Shown: positions 24,138-38,547, numbered from the stretch's first letter. The stretch is DNA of 64,000 nt from Octopus vulgaris (GCA_951406725.2 OX597816.1:52204001-52268000); one strand, 5' to 3'. Numbers and translations are program-made. Notes: generated from the letters alone by a model not told the origin.

Positions 24138-24440
24138 CGAAGGCGCATGGCTCAGTGGTTAGAGCGTAGAGTTCGATTCCCGGACCGGGCTATGTGTTGT
24201 GTTCTTGAGCAAGACACTTTATTTCACGTTGCTCCAGTTCACTCATCTGTAGAAATGAGTTGCAATGTCACTGTATTGGTCATTACTTTTCCCATGGATA
24301 TCATCAGTGGTGTGGAGAGGGGAAGCTGGTATGCATGGGCGACTGCTGGCCTTCCACAAACAATCTTCCCCTGACTTGTGCCAGCGAGGGTAACTTTCTA
24401 GGTGCAATCCCATGGCCATTCCTGACTGAAGGGGGTCTCC
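24138..24440 (+). mobile_element. tRNA-derived CORE-like SINE with a distinct tail
   Basis: Head gaaggcgcatggctcagtggttagagcg...gttcgattcc, then tgttcttgagcaagacactttatttcacgttgctccagttcactca. Confidence 0.7.
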
Positions 24441-27129
24441 TCCTCCTTTATATATATAGCATAATAACTTATGGTATATTATAGTATGATACGGTATGGT
24501 TAGGTCTTTGGAATGTTATTGTATATTATGCTATGACATTGTGTAGTTTATTACGATATATAATATGTTGTGTAGTATATTACGCTGGGGTACGCTACGT
24601 TATACTGAGGTACGTTTCTATGGCATAAGGCATATTATGGTATGTTACATCATGGTACATCATTTCATTGTATAGTATCGTATACTTTGTTATTTTATAG
24701 TACGCTAAGATGTTTGGTATATCATGGTGTGGTGTGTTTTGTTTTGGTATGACATGTTATATGTTATGGTCTGGTATAGTATTGCTATAGCAATGTTTAA
24801 GATATTTCGATGTGGATATTTGAGGACATTCATGTCGTAGTTTTTTATTCGTTCTTTATTTTTCTGTCGTTTTTTTAATGTTTTGGTGTTGTTTAATTTA
24901 TGTGAAGCACGTATCTATAAATGTATGTCAAAGAATTTCCGATCCTAACCATTCTGATCCTAACCATTTTTCGCACTCTTACTTTATCTAGTACTGCATT
25001 ATCTTACGTACTCTTCCATTTTTTAAGATCATACAGTTCATCTAAAGGAACTCTGGTTGCTATTTCTAACAGATCAAACCATCATTTAGAAACTCTTTCT
25101 GATTAGACTTTTTCATAATTTCATCAGTAACTTAATTGAATTTACCTGTCCAAGGAATTGGTTGGTAAAGGTGCCAGCCATCTCACTCTTCATAATTATC
25201 GTCTGTTTTTACACTATAGACAGATATTACATATTAAAAGGCAATAAAATTGGAAATGCGACGTTTATACCTTTTACAGACTCATTAGTGAGATAGGTAA
25301 TAGGAAATGGCTTCAAATGGAAATTAAAACTGTGTCGCATTTATTTTTTTCTTTTAATACACTTTTATGTTCCATAATTATTTCTTTCATAGCAACAAGG
25401 AGAATTCATTATTTACTAAAAAATATCGAAAATCCATTTGTTTATGTATTACTTAATATAATCAACGTTACTATGTGTAATGAAGCGCTTTCAATTTGGA
25501 ATAGAAAATAATTTCGTTGTCGATTGGCAGACATTTTATTAACGCACTTATAACATCTATTGTCAGTTGACATCACTTAATCAAATATTTCTAACTCTCG
25601 ACAGTGAATAACGTATCTGCATTGTCTTGAGACCTCAACAACTGATAGAGCCGTAGCGATACCGTTGTCAAATGCGACGTGGTTTGAGACATCAAAACTT
25701 TATCGAGACGAAACTTTTCCAAGCTTGAGCACAACTAATTTCTTCCAGAGGGAGAGAGAATATGTAAGAAAAAGACGAAGATTATAATTATCATTATTAT
25801 TATAATAATAATTATTATTATTATTTTTATTATAATTATTATTATTATCATTATTATTATTGTTATCATTATTGTTATCATTAGAAGAAGAAGAATTCTA
25901 CCAAATATTGAATTGGTACGTTATTTATCGACGTCGAAAGTAGGAAAGACAAAGTGCTCCAATTTCAAACCTCGGCTGATTTTGAACTCGGAACACAGAT
26001 AATCGAATGGATACCGCAAGACAGACTATCCAGTACTCTAACGACACCACCAGGCAGCAGACTTTATTAATATATTTAACAACATTGAAAGATAAGTAAC
26101 AAACTACACCCGCTAAATGTTACCCAACATACCTAAATCTTAATTACACCGTTTACCTGCCGCCCCTTATTGTGAATTTTAGGTATTGTACCTTCTGTAT
26201 TCCATTTCAATATAAAGGAAATATATTTGATCCTTACTGCAAAGGCATTTTCTACGCATTCTCTCCTTTTCTTCTAACCTCTTGCAAATTCACCTTTATT
26301 TATTATTTGCATACCACTGGAAGCTGAATATGCAATATTCAATGTGTGACCAAAGTAAGGTTAAGATGCTGTGAAACAGAATGCGTGACCCGATTTCAAC
26401 TCATGGCTACACCTATTATGCTGCATTGACACTGCAGCGTCTATAATTATACATTAACTTGCTCTTCTTGAATATGCAGCGAACAAAAACTTTATGCACT
26501 CTCCTGTTTTCAGAAAAAGAAAAAGTTGAAGCAATCGATATACCGTATACGCTCAAACAGTTGCTATAAATTATATTTTATTTCTCTCTCTTTTTCATAA
26601 ATCAAACGATAAAAAGTATTACTTGGGTTTGTGTTGTAAGATGAATATTGTGAAAAGATCCAACCAAAATAGGGTTGGTAAAGGTTGTTCATCATCTAAC
26701 TTTCTTTTCAAAATATTGTTTCTGGTTTCTTAAAAAAAAACGTTAGAATAATGAGGGTTTCAGTATATTCTAAAGAATAGTAAAAACAACGGACCAAAAC
26801 AGTGCCGTTACTACATAATCTTTTCTAAACAGAATCATTCCGAATCATTTCTAAAATAAATCGTTCGATACATATTACTTGGTGTGTTCTCTGTATCTCA
26901 GAAAATGTTGAACCTGAACTGGTATTTTTTCCAGTTCAAGCCGGGCGTTTCCAGTTCAGTTGTTCGATCTCTAAGTTATATTCATAATACACAATTTATA
27001 TGTTACTTATAATTGTTGTTAATACTTAAAATTATACTCAAATTGTTTTAAGGCATTCTAAACATTGTTACCCGAGCAAGAGCAGAATACATAATTCATA
27101 CAATTTCATTGTTGTTATTTCTTGAAATA

Positions 27130-27345
27130 TTAGTTTCAAAACTTTGCACAAGGCCAGTATTTTCGGGGGAGGAGTAAGCCGATTAAATTGATCCCACTGC
27201 TCAGCTGGTACTTATTTTATAGACCCGGAATGGATGAAAGGTAAAGTGGACCTTGACAGAAGTTGAACTCAGAACGCAAAGACGGACGAAATGCCACTAA
27301 AGAATTTTGCTCTGTAGGCTAGCAATTCTGCCGGCTCGCCGCCAT
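27130..27345 (-). mobile_element. SINE family 1, tail type C
   Basis: Head, core and tail C match other copies. Confidence 0.78.
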
Positions 27346-27632
27346 TAAAAAGAGAGAAAATAAGAAATATTAAGTTTTATATGTTCTCGTATGAAGTCAT
27401 TTCAGTTCACTTCCACATCTAATTGTCTTTGAAAAGTTATGTCACAAATCGTCCTTTAAATATAGAAATTATTTTGTTCTTCATTTTAAAAAAAGCTTCA
27501 TTTCATATATTCAGCAAAAATTCTATGGGGAATCATATGAATGAATCTTCTATTTCCGGCCCATATAGTATAAGGGTTTTGACCTTAGTCAAAATGAATG
27601 AGGATGTGAATAAGGTGCAAGAGTTAAAATAA

Positions 27633-28037
27633 TCCTTTCTGCCATAGGCACAAGACCTGAAAGTTTTTTTTTTGGGGGGGGGGACTAGTCGTTTACATCG
27701 ACCCGAGTGTTTCCCCGGTATTTAATATATCAATTCCGAAAGGATGAAAGGCAAAGTCGAATTTGAACGCAGAACGTAACGACGGGCGAAATACCTATGT
27801 CTTTACTGTCCACAAGGAGTTATACACAGAGGGGACAAACAAGGACAGGCAAAGGGATTAAGTCGATTACATCGACACCAGTGCGTAACTGCGTAACTGG
27901 TACTTTATTTATCCACCCCGAAAGGATGAAAGGCAAAGTCGACCTCGGCGGAATTTGAACTCAGAACGTAGCGGCAGACGAAATACTGCTAAGCATTTCA
28001 TCCGGCGTGTTAATGTTTCTGCCACCTCACCGCCTTC
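27633..28037 (-). mobile_element. SINE family 1 nested dimer (tail A copy inside a tail B copy)
   Basis: The junction is at 27795/27796. The outer TSD aagagttaaaataa lies at 27619-27632 and 28040-28053. Confidence 0.82.
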
Positions 28038-28816
28038 GGAAGAGTTAAAATAACGGAATGCAATTTACGCCGTTTAATAACTTTGGGCAAAACACTTCGT
28101 CAGAGACACATGAAATATTGACTGATCTTGGGGGAATATGGATTGAGAGGAGTGAGAGCGAAGAAAAAATTAATAGTGAAGATTAATGAGGTGGGGGGAA
28201 GAGATAACAAGTGATAATGGAAGTCAAAGTGAGGAGAAGAGAATTAGACTGCCTTCAGATTCGAAAAATATAACGGTAAAAGGTAACGACAGGGAAACGC
28301 CTTACACGCACATACACAAACATTAACACTGCGCACACATACTCATATAAATATGTGCGCGTAAACAAACGTTCTTAGTCGAGTACAGAGGAAAACATTA
28401 ATAAGACACTGAAATTTTAGCAGAAGGTGACCAAATTAAGAAGAGGGTAGTCGATTACATCGACCCCAGTACTCAACTGGTACTTATTTCATCGAATCCA
28501 AAAGGATGAAATGCAAAGTTGACCTTCAAGGAAGTCTGGCGTAAAAACCGGAAAGAAAAATATTCTGCATTTTGCTCGACACGCTAACGGATCTGCAAGC
28601 TCGCTGCCTTATGAAATCTAATAACAATGATAGAAAAATGTGGCAGTAGCTTAATTGATTTATATACAGGTATATAAATAAAGTGTGGATTTTCCTTAGG
28701 AAACGATAGAGTACTGCTTAAATACAGTTCTATATTTAAGAGATGAGGAATCATGTACTTGATTTACATTATTTATATTATTTACATTTGACGGTTATTT
28801 GTCCTCATCTTACTGT

Positions 28817-29173
28817 TTACTCTTTTTACTTGTTTCAGTCATTTGACTGTGGCCATGTTGGAGCACCGCCTTGAGTCTAATACTAGAATAATACTTATTC
28901 TATCGGTCTCTTTTGCCGAACCACTCAGTTGTCAAGTGATGCTAGGGTGACAAACACAGGCACACAAACATATACACACATACATACATACATATATATA
29001 CATATATACGAGGGGCCTCTTTCAGCTTCCGTCTACCAAATCCACTCACAAGGCTTTGGTCGGTCCGAGGCTATAGTAGAAGACACTTGCCTAAGGTGCC
29101 ACGCAGTGGGACTGAACCCGGAACCATGTGGTTCGTAACCAAGCTACTTACCACACAGCCATTCCTACGCCTA
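28817..29173 (-). mobile_element. SINE family 2 inserted into a foldback repeat
   Basis: Family 2 sequence. The flanks atttacatttgacgg.tatttgtcctcatctt and aagatgaaaacaaatatccgtcaaatgtaaat are inverted copies of each other. Confidence 0.82.
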
Positions 29174-29517
29174 CTTGTTTGTTGTTAACAACAAACAAGA
29201 TGAAAACAAATATCCGTCAAATGTAAATAATGTAAATAATGTACTGCTTAAATACTTTTATCCTTTTTTTCGTTTTGTTTATTGTTTTGATTTTATTTTG
29301 TTTTTCGTTTTTGTTGTTGTTGTTGCTGTTGTCTTTTTTTCTGTTGTCTAGCACTGTAGAAACAAAGTTTAACTCTGCAGTGATAGACAACACAAACACC
29401 ACAAGAGAAAAGGATTTACGCAGTTTACTCTTAATCTTTTTTAGAAATATCTACACATATATTTGTATGCAAATAAAAAAGATATAACTATCTCTTATTT
29501 TTCTGGTATGTGATATG

Positions 29518-29568
<51 letters not shown>

Positions 29569-29616
29569 AGTGTGCAGAATTAAGGGCGCTCAACACATTT
29601 ACTGAGAGTAACACTT

Positions 29617-29768
29617 ATGGATCAAAACATTTTGAATTTAAACTCCTTAGTACACTGAGTTGCAAGCGTCATGCTAGTTCTCGGCCATAAGAATTCCTAT
29701 GCCCGAAGACTAGCAACACGCTTGAAACTCAGAGTACTAAGAAGTTTGAATCAAACTGTTTTGATCCA
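29617..29768. repeat. Imperfect ~150-bp foldback hairpin between (AT)n tracts
   Basis: tggatcaaaaca...ttagtacactgagttgcaagcgt...gctagt is mirrored by actagc...acgcttgaaactcagagtactaa...tgttttgatcca. Confidence 0.75.
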
Positions 29769-29813
29769 CACACATACACATCCACGCACGGGCATGCACA
29801 CACACATACATAC

Positions 29814-29883
<70 letters not shown>

Positions 29884-30343
29884 AAAAAATAGGTTGAAGT
29901 CTTTATAAGAATTTATCATGGAGAAAATACTTATAAAGATTTTATCCTGATTTTAAATTATAAATTTACACGGAATATAGTCAGTGCTGAATCTTATTCT
30001 GAATAAACACATGTACCGAGATTCAATTCGAAAAGCCCGCCTTTTACATAGATATATAAGTGTGAACAATTCTATGTACTATGCTGGATACATTTGGTGT
30101 TCGTCTGGTTTGTTGATTTTTTGTTCATTTTTATGTATCTTGAATTATGCTTGCACTGAAGATTAAAAAGTGCATTTTGTGCACTAATTATCAAATCATA
30201 TGATATGCAGCTGAATTCTGTTTTTAAAATGATCACTTCGAGGGTTGCGTTCCCTCGAGTTCGGTACAATGTGTTTATTTATTTTGGTAGTTTTAACTTT
30301 TAGAGTCCCTCCTAGCGTGAGGCATTCATGTGTAGTAATGCCC

Positions 30344-30386
<43 letters not shown>

Positions 30387-31860
30387 AGTGAGAACTTTAA
30401 TCAGTGCTGTGTATAAAGGCAAATTTGTCACAAGTTCAAATATACTTCAGGCATATTGGAACCCGTAAGGAAGCCATTCAATGTACTTTGGCATGGAGAA
30501 AATTTCTCGCTGTAGACAAATAGGTGTAGAGTCAACTCACAGCGTTTCATCAGCCTTTCCGGTTTCTGTTGCCGAAAAGAAGATAGCCAACCAGAAATGC
30601 ATGCATCCAAAGTCTGGTTAGAGTGCTATATTACTTTAATATACATATCAAAATAACATAGCTGCTGTCAGTGCATTATGTCTAAGGTTCATTATCGTGT
30701 CTTACGTGAATCAGTTACTCGGTGAATAGTTAATACTTGTAGTTAAAGAATGATCGACAGTTCCAAACATTCTCCAACATCCTGACTGTTCTAAATTTAT
30801 CAAGTTTCAAAACCTACATCCTTTTCAAAAGAAATCAATATGATGATTTTTTTCCATAGCTTCGACTGAAGAGTTTAAAAGAATAAATTAGCGTTGTGAG
30901 TACTAACTAAATTTGTGCTACGTAATAATATATAGAAGAGGATAACGAAACAGAAAAAGTAAGATACCATTGCATGAAGAAATATCTACAAAGAAAAAAG
31001 AAATATGTATTTTCAACTAATCAAAAGATAAAAGGACATGAAATGCATTACAACACATTTCTGAAAATGAGAAACCGTTAAATAAAAGATATAAATTTAT
31101 AGTTTTCACAGATTATAGACTTTATACATTTTTTATAATACTTTGTTTCATTTATTTCACACCTCTTTGAAAACAAGAACCAGAAAAATTTGTAGATATA
31201 AATACGCGTTGATTAATTCGGCAAAAGAGAAGTAAGCTTAAGAAGTAATTAAACAACTGGTGTTTAATAGAAGTATAAGAATGTGAGTAAATTTAAAGAC
31301 GAAAATGCACCAGCATGCTCCTTTCGTCAAAGATAATGGCGGTTTAATTAACGATATAAATTGTTGCATCCATTCAAGATAGTGGAAGAAACCATTAATA
31401 AATGTCTTATCTAATGAAATTGCGCTTTTTATTTCACAGAAAAATATTACAATAGTTTGTAGGTGTAACGGTGCTTTGCACGTCTGTGCGACTTTTCGTA
31501 AAAACTTTTTTTATACAAACATTTGTGTGTGTGTATGTATGCTTGTTTGTGCGTATGTATGTATGATTGCTTGTGTATGTGTGTGTGAGCATGCATGTGG
31601 ACGTGCGTGTGGGCGTATGTGCGTTCGCGTGTAAGTTAATCAAATTAAATATATTCTTCCCCTTTGAAAATATTGCCTAATTATTAAATGTATATAACTT
31701 ACAAGTAATTCTGAACGAGGCCCTTGCAAAATAGATACAGTGAGGTTGTATAGTCTAAAAGCCAGAAATAGCAGAAAACACTGTAATATCGTCAAGTTTC
31801 CATGGCAGAATGTAAATGTTCTTGTGAGCCTGGAAAGATAATGAAAAAATCATTCCAAGA

Positions 31861-32193
31861 TATTTCTTTCTTTATTTGCTCACAAGGTGTTATACACAGA
31901 GGGAACAAACAAGGACAGACAAAGGGATTAAGTCGATTACATTGACCCCAGTGCGTAACTGGTACTTAATTTATCGACCCCGAAAGGATGAAAGGCAAAG
32001 TCGACCTCGGCGGAATTTGAACTCAGAACGTAGCGGCAGACGAAATACCTATTTCTTTACTACCCAGAAGGGGCTAAACATAGAGGGAACAAACAAAGAC
32101 GGACAAAGGGATTAAGTCGATTACATCGACCCCATTGCGTAACTGGTACTTTATTTATCGACCCCGAAAGGATGAAAGGCAAAGTCGACCTCG
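31861..32193 (-). mobile_element. SINE family 1 dimer (tail A plus tail A)
   Basis: The junction cgaaatacc|tatttcttt is at 32049/32050. Confidence 0.85.
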
Positions 32194-32412
32194 TTTACGA
32201 AACGAAAATAGGTAACATACTCTTTAGAATATTTGTAGTGAAAATGAAAGGAAAGCCGATCGGAGACTATTTCAACATTTAAGTATGATGTTAACTGACT
32301 TTGTATTGGACATTACTTTCTTGAAGAAATTCACGTTGTCGCTCAATTTCATTTTTAAAAATTAAGAAATCCACTATAATAGATGTCAGGTAGTACTTGT
32401 AGAATTTCTTGA

Positions 32413-32625
32413 TGAGGCGACGTGCAAGCAGAATCGATACCGCGCAGGGCAGAATGTTTAGCAGCATTTCGTCCGTCTTTTCGTTTTAAGTTCAAATTCT
32501 GCCGAGGTTTACTTTCGTCCTTTCGGAATGAATAAAATAGATACCAGTTGAGCACTAGGTTTAATGTAATCGACGTATCCACCTCTCCCGAACTTGCTGG
32601 CCTTGTGCCAAAATTTGAAACCAAT
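32413..32625 (+). mobile_element. SINE family 1, tail type C
   Basis: Head and core present; tail gaacttgctggccttgtgccaaaatttgaaacc. Confidence 0.75.
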
Positions 32626-33751
32626 TTAATAGACCTCTATACAATAAAGAGGAATAAATATAGGCAGTAAAATAAGAAATTGTGACGCATTCAATTATTT
32701 TATAGTATTTAGTTTTGTACCACTCTCCTCTCAGGTTACACGTCAGTGACATATTTTTATAACGTCGCGGCCGAAAGCATTGTAATCACCACTCAATTGT
32801 TTTTACTCGCTCCAAAACGTGATATTTCATAGAACCATAATAAAGAACAATGATTGTTTTCTTTTTCTATTTATAAAGTAATCACGAAAGTTTTGAAATT
32901 TTTTACAGGTTATACCGGTCAAATGGGTTTAAAAGGTTTTTTTGCTATAAGGTACAAAGCTGAATAAACGAAAGGAAAAACATTTTTTTCAATTTAGTCT
33001 TTGAATAATTAACAAAGGCATTTCATAGCAATAAGTTTACATCTTCAAACTCTGTTTAAATGAAAGGATTTCAACCAGGTAAACCTGTGTCTTTTTTTTA
33101 GCTCTTACATCATCAATGACCCTTACTTGACGTACTTTTAATTTATGCTTGGACAAGTGGATCCTGACGATAAAAGAGATACACGGACAGATGAGAAAAC
33201 AGTGACAAGATGGAAGCACAAGGACGACACTATTATCATTTTATCTTTTTTTTTTATTTCAGTCTTTCTTTGCTATATTATTTTTTCTAGTTTAATATGG
33301 CTGTGTTGTTGTTTTCATTGTTTTCTATTAATATTACAAAGGAAGGAATTTTATTAATCCTCAGAACAAATAGAATAGATTTCCGCCGGCTACAGAATAT
33401 ACTTAATCTCATTAAACCGCCAAGGGAGTGGAACAAGTGAATAGTAATTACAAACTGTTATTATTGTCTCTCTCTTTGCTTCATTTCTTTTATGTTCTTG
33501 TTTTTATTATTTCTACATACAAATATATACACACACAGTCTCTCCCTCTCCATTTCTCTCTCTCTTTCTCTTTCATTCATTCACTCACTCACACTTTCTT
33601 TCTCTCTCTAGCATTGCAACGTCTCTCTGTTGTCTGTTATCTGTTGTCTGTGCCAAAAGTCAAAACAGAAGAGCTAATGCTGTGCTACAAGTCGACTTCT
33701 AGTCTTTCATTTCCTCAAGGTTAATAAAACCACGACTACTACTAGCACCAA

Positions 33752-33783
<32 letters not shown>

Positions 33784-34409
33784 GCAGCGGCAGTGGTAGC
33801 AGCAACAGCGTTGGTGATAGTGGTAGTGATTACCGTGACAATCAAATATGTCGTTACTCTCAGACGACAAAAGGAATCTCATACGGTTTAAAATAAAATT
33901 AATAAATCACTATTCGGTTGTCTTAGTTTTATTTTGTAATCAAACAAACCACCACAAAAAAATTATTTCACCTTGACCCGGGGGTGTCTGTTTTATATAA
34001 TATTTTCATTTTAATTTATTTTTTATTTACACAAGTATTGTATTTTATGACATCCTGTGTGGTCATAGCCTTTTGTGAGGTAGCGACTCCAAAACGATCT
34101 CCGCGGAACACTGTATATGTATTAGCGCTAAGTCAACAGAGATACGTCCGTTTTCAGTGTTTCCCACTGTTTAAGTCAAAGGTTAGATGTACTACGGCAT
34201 GTATTACGGCATGTTCCCACACTAAAGATTAAACAGGTTTCGACATATTAGACTTGATTGACTTGGCATTGTGATATAAAACCCTGAATCAATGAGAGAA
34301 ACACTGCATTGTCGTTTTACATGTTAGAAATAACAACCAAATATTTCTCAAATTCAACCTTGCCAATTACAAAAAAAAAATTTATCTTGGGCATTTTAGT
34401 CCATAATAT

Positions 34410-34700
34410 ATCTAGTATACAAAATCCGTTCTGCCTATCAGTGTGTGTGTGTCTTCTAGGATCTCGGGCATCTTCCATCCGATTGCGCTCAAATTTGATA
34501 TGTAGATATCGACGGTATCAGGGCGTGTATAAGTCTTGAAAAAATTACAAAAATCGATTCCAGGTGAGAATGCGATCGATAAATCCGTGAGAACGTGTAT
34601 TTGTACGCGCAAGTACCTCAGCTGTTGCGATCGATACTACGCGTACGCGAGAAAAATGCACGTGCAGTTTCTCGCAAAAAAAGCCGGCTGGCTTGAAATA
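34410..34700 (+). mobile_element. Possible non-autonomous Helitron-like 5' segment
   Basis: Begins A|TCTAGTATACAAAA, then (GT)n and ccgattgcgctcaaatttgatatg, the same style as 5099-5443. Confidence 0.4.
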
Positions 34701-35114
34701 ATGCCACAAAATGCAGTATATTTAAGAGACCAAAAAAGTAAGATGCAAAAGAGATATTTTCTTCAAACTTGGCATGAAGGAAGGAAAGACTATTTGGTTT
34801 CTCAAGAAGTTTTTTTTTTTGCCTTAACTTCGTTTAACAAAATTAAAAATTTTATTGAAATAAAGGCATACTTAATTATTTTTTAATGAAAAGAAAACAC
34901 TGATTGCTTTTTATTCAGCAGATATGATTCAGTACCGTCCATTGGACGGGAGGCGTTTTGCCCGTGAATATATAATAATACATTTTGATGACGATTGCAA
35001 CGCCCTTGATCAAGGAACTGTTCGATCAGGGTTACGTGAGGCTTACACATCCAATAAAATTTATTGAATTCGTTGTTGAAGATATAGTCGATAACATAAG
35101 TATTCCAGCATATT

Positions 35115-35156
35115 TATTTCTTTATTGCCCACAAGGGGCTAAACATAGAGGGGACA
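35115..35156 (-). mobile_element. 42-bp solo tail-A retroinsertion with a 19-bp TSD
   Basis: ataagtattcc(a/t)gcatatt at 35096-35114 and 35157-35175 flanks tatttctttattgcccacaaggggctaaacatagaggggaca. Confidence 0.8.
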
Positions 35157-35572
35157 ATAAGTATTCCTGCATATTGCACTTGCATTTCTTTATTGTTAAC
35201 GCGAATGTGTTGACAGTGTGTGTGGTTAGGGCACTGCACTAACGATTTCGAGTTCGTGGTTTCAGTTCCAGAACCGGGTGGTGTGTTGTGCTCTTGGGAA
35301 AAAAAATTCATCTAACGTTGATTTGTGATCACCTTGACGCCTGACTGTTGGCGCATCTTGAAACTGTTCAGGCAACGTCTAGTTGGTGAAAGGAGAGAAA
35401 TAATGTACACTACTACAAACATTTGATCACTATAAACAAATAATTTGTGCAGGTCGTTCAACAAAGCTTGAACTCACATGCGCCGTCTTCGACAGGAGAT
35501 TCCATCATGTAAAGAGAGATAGAGAGAGAGTGAGAGAGATATGAATGTGTGTGATATATATATGTAAGTGTG

Positions 35573-35805
35573 AAGGCGACGAGCTGGCAGAAACGTTAGC
35601 ACGCCGGGCGAAATGCGTAGCCGTATTTCGTCTGTCTTTACGTTCTGAGTTCAAATTCCGCCGAGGTCGACTTTGCTTTTCATCCTTTCGGGGTCGATAA
35701 ATTAAGTACCAGTTTCGCACTGGGGTCGATGTAATCAACTTAATCCCTTTGTCTGTCCTTGTTTGTTCCCTCTATGTTTAGCCCCTTCTGGGTAGTAAAG
35801 AAATA
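35573..35805 (+). mobile_element. SINE family 1, tail A, full length
   Basis: aaggcgacgagctggcagaaacg...gccccttctgggtagtaaagaaat. Confidence 0.9.
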
Positions 35806-36046
35806 TATATGTGTAATTGTTGAGAGAGAAGGGTGAGAGAAACATGCACTTACTAAACGTATGCAACTGTCAATTCCAATAGAATTTTTTATTTACTGAT
35901 CAAATATTCAAAATTTGCTATTAAATTCGTAGGTCGGAGTATGAGACGTCAATGTAGCTTCATTTCCCAGCTGAATACCTATTTTTTTCATATTTTCTTT
36001 ACACACCCAATACTCGTGCTATCGAATCATTCGACATCAGTACTTT

Positions 36047-36268
36047 ACTCTCACTCTTTTACTCTTTTACTTGTTTCAGTCATTTGACTGTGGCCATGCT
36101 AGAGCACTGCCTTTAGTCGAGCAAATCGACCCCAGGACTTATTCTTTGTAAGCCTAGTAATTATTCTATCGGTCTCTTTTGCCAGACCGCTAAGTTACGG
36201 GGACGTAAACACACCAGCATCGGTTGTCAAGCAATGCTGGGGGGACAAACACAGACACACAAACATAC

Positions 36269-36343
<75 letters not shown>

Positions 36344-36503
36344 TACGACGGGCTTCTTTCAGTTCCCGTCTACCAAATCCACTCACAAGGCTTTGGTCGG
36401 CCCGAGGTTATAGTAGAAGACACTTGCCCAAGGTGCCATGCAGTGGGACTGAACCCAGAACCATGTGGTTCTTAAGCAAGCTACTTACCACACAGCCACT
36501 CCT
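36047..36503 (-). mobile_element. SINE family 2, full length
   Basis: Matches the reverse complement of 15115-15523. Confidence 0.88.
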
Positions 36504-37282
36504 TATGTGATTATATATAGCTCAACTATGATATTTTAGAGTTAATGTATCTACCTTTACTGTTATTAGTGATAACGTTCTACAAGCTGCTGAATGTTAG
36601 GTCGTCAGTGAAGTACCTTCTTGAAACTGGTAATCTAGAATGTCTAACTACCTCTTCCTTATTTATTTATTTATTCACATTTATTCACATTTATTTATCA
36701 AACATAACTGAAAAATCAAACCAAAGCATTTTCCCTCCTCAAGTATTTTGGAAGAAAGGGAGTTGACCTTTCAGAAGGGCGTGCTTATGAAGAAAGAAAA
36801 AAAAACGTAAAGGAAAAGCAGTAACTAATAAAAATAAAAAAAACCGACTAAGGCAACTATTAACTAAACAATAGCGATAACAACAATAGGCGGAGGCAGC
36901 GTGAACAGATTTATGTTATCTTGACCTGTTCAACGGATTCTAGCAGTGATAGAGATCCGTCATCCCACACATTTCTTGTTTCAAGCTAAAAAAAAAAAAA
37001 ATACGCAAGCATAAAAATAACAAAAGAAGGAAACAAAAATAAATATTCCTCTCCACGTGTTATGACGTAACAAGAGTATGCGTTTGTGCTGATATTTTTT
37101 TTAATGCAAACAGCATACAAAAGCAGCAACAACAACAACAATAACAACAGCTGCAATGAATGCAATTATAACATTAAGAACGACCATAGCAGGAGCCAGG
37201 CTGTCGAGATTAAGATGCCAACGTAATCTGTTCAAGGTAAAAGTCGTTAATCTCGCTCAGCAATATTACTACGGCCGTCAAT

Positions 37283-37740
37283 GCGGCGAGCTTGCAGAAT
37301 GGTTTAAGACTTCACCGTCTTTTACGTTCTGAGTTCAAATTCCACCGAAGCCGACTTTGCCATTCAAAGGGTGGCCACCTGGCAGAAGCGTCAACACGAC
37401 TTTGCTTTTCATCCTTTGGAGGTCGATAAAATAAGCAACAGTTGATTACCGAGGTCAATGTAATCGACCTACACTCCCCCCCCCCCTGAAACTGCTGGCC
37501 TTGTGCCAAAATTTGACTTCAATGTTGTTTTCTACTCTAGGCACAAGGCCCGAAATTTTGGGGGAGAGTGCCAATTGATTAGATCAATCCCAGCCTGCAA
37601 CTGGTACTTAATTTATCGACCACGAAAGGATGAAAAGTGAAGTCAACCTCAGCGGAATTTGAACTCAGAACGTAAAGACAGACGAAACACCGCTAAGCAT
37701 TTCGCCCGAGGTGCTAACGTTTCTGCCAGCTCGCTGCCTT
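37283..37740. mobile_element. Two SINE family 1 copies tail-to-tail (+ strand tail C, - strand tail B)
   Basis: 37283-37520 (+) and 37527-37740 (-). Confidence 0.8.
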
Positions 37741-37810
37741 AATTTCACATCAATATTACTACGATCCTTTGAAACCACTACTATTATTATTATTATTATT
37801 ATTATTATTA

Positions 37811-37842
<32 letters not shown>

Positions 37843-38394
37843 GTGTGAGAGCAGCGCATGCCATCAAAGTGACACTGGAGTACAAATATAAGAAGCCCAA
37901 TATACTCATCATGACTACTTGTCTGATAAGGGTACACCAGGCGCATGCATCACAAACATTTGTGCGCGACATGGTGATCTCAATTCAAGATAAAACAGTG
38001 CATGACCTTGCAGGTGGGGCCCAGCTGGAATTTTTTTCAGGTCAAGTAGACCATCCCGCTTGAAAGGTCCCTGAATAAGGGTTGTTTAAGAATGTTGAAC
38101 GAAACACCCATGTTACCAGGGATGAATTATCCAACCCCAAAGAATCCCTCTCAACACATGGCTATGATGCTCCCCCACTACTTCTGTTCGTGATTAGAGA
38201 TGTACATACCGTCAGCCACCAAGGGACATGCTCAACTGGTTAGGGTCAAACAACTGACAAGCAAATCTGTGGTATTGAGCAGAATATTTGTTGCAGCCCA
38301 TCTTTTACACCAAGACAAAATATGTACATGATAACACTTGCAATCAGTTAAGAACAGAAGCTATGAGAGCCAGTGCTCAGTATTGCATCAGGGC
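37843..38394 (-). mobile_element. Unclassified ~550-bp insertion embedded in (ATT)n
   Basis: A complex, higher-GC block with sharp borders against ATT tracts on both sides. It is single-copy in the window. Confidence 0.45.
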
Positions 38395-38421
38395 ATTTAT
38401 GACTATTATTGTCATTGTTAA

Positions 38422-38472
<51 letters not shown>

Positions 38473-38485
38473 TCTTATTATTATT

Positions 38486-38547
<62 letters not shown>

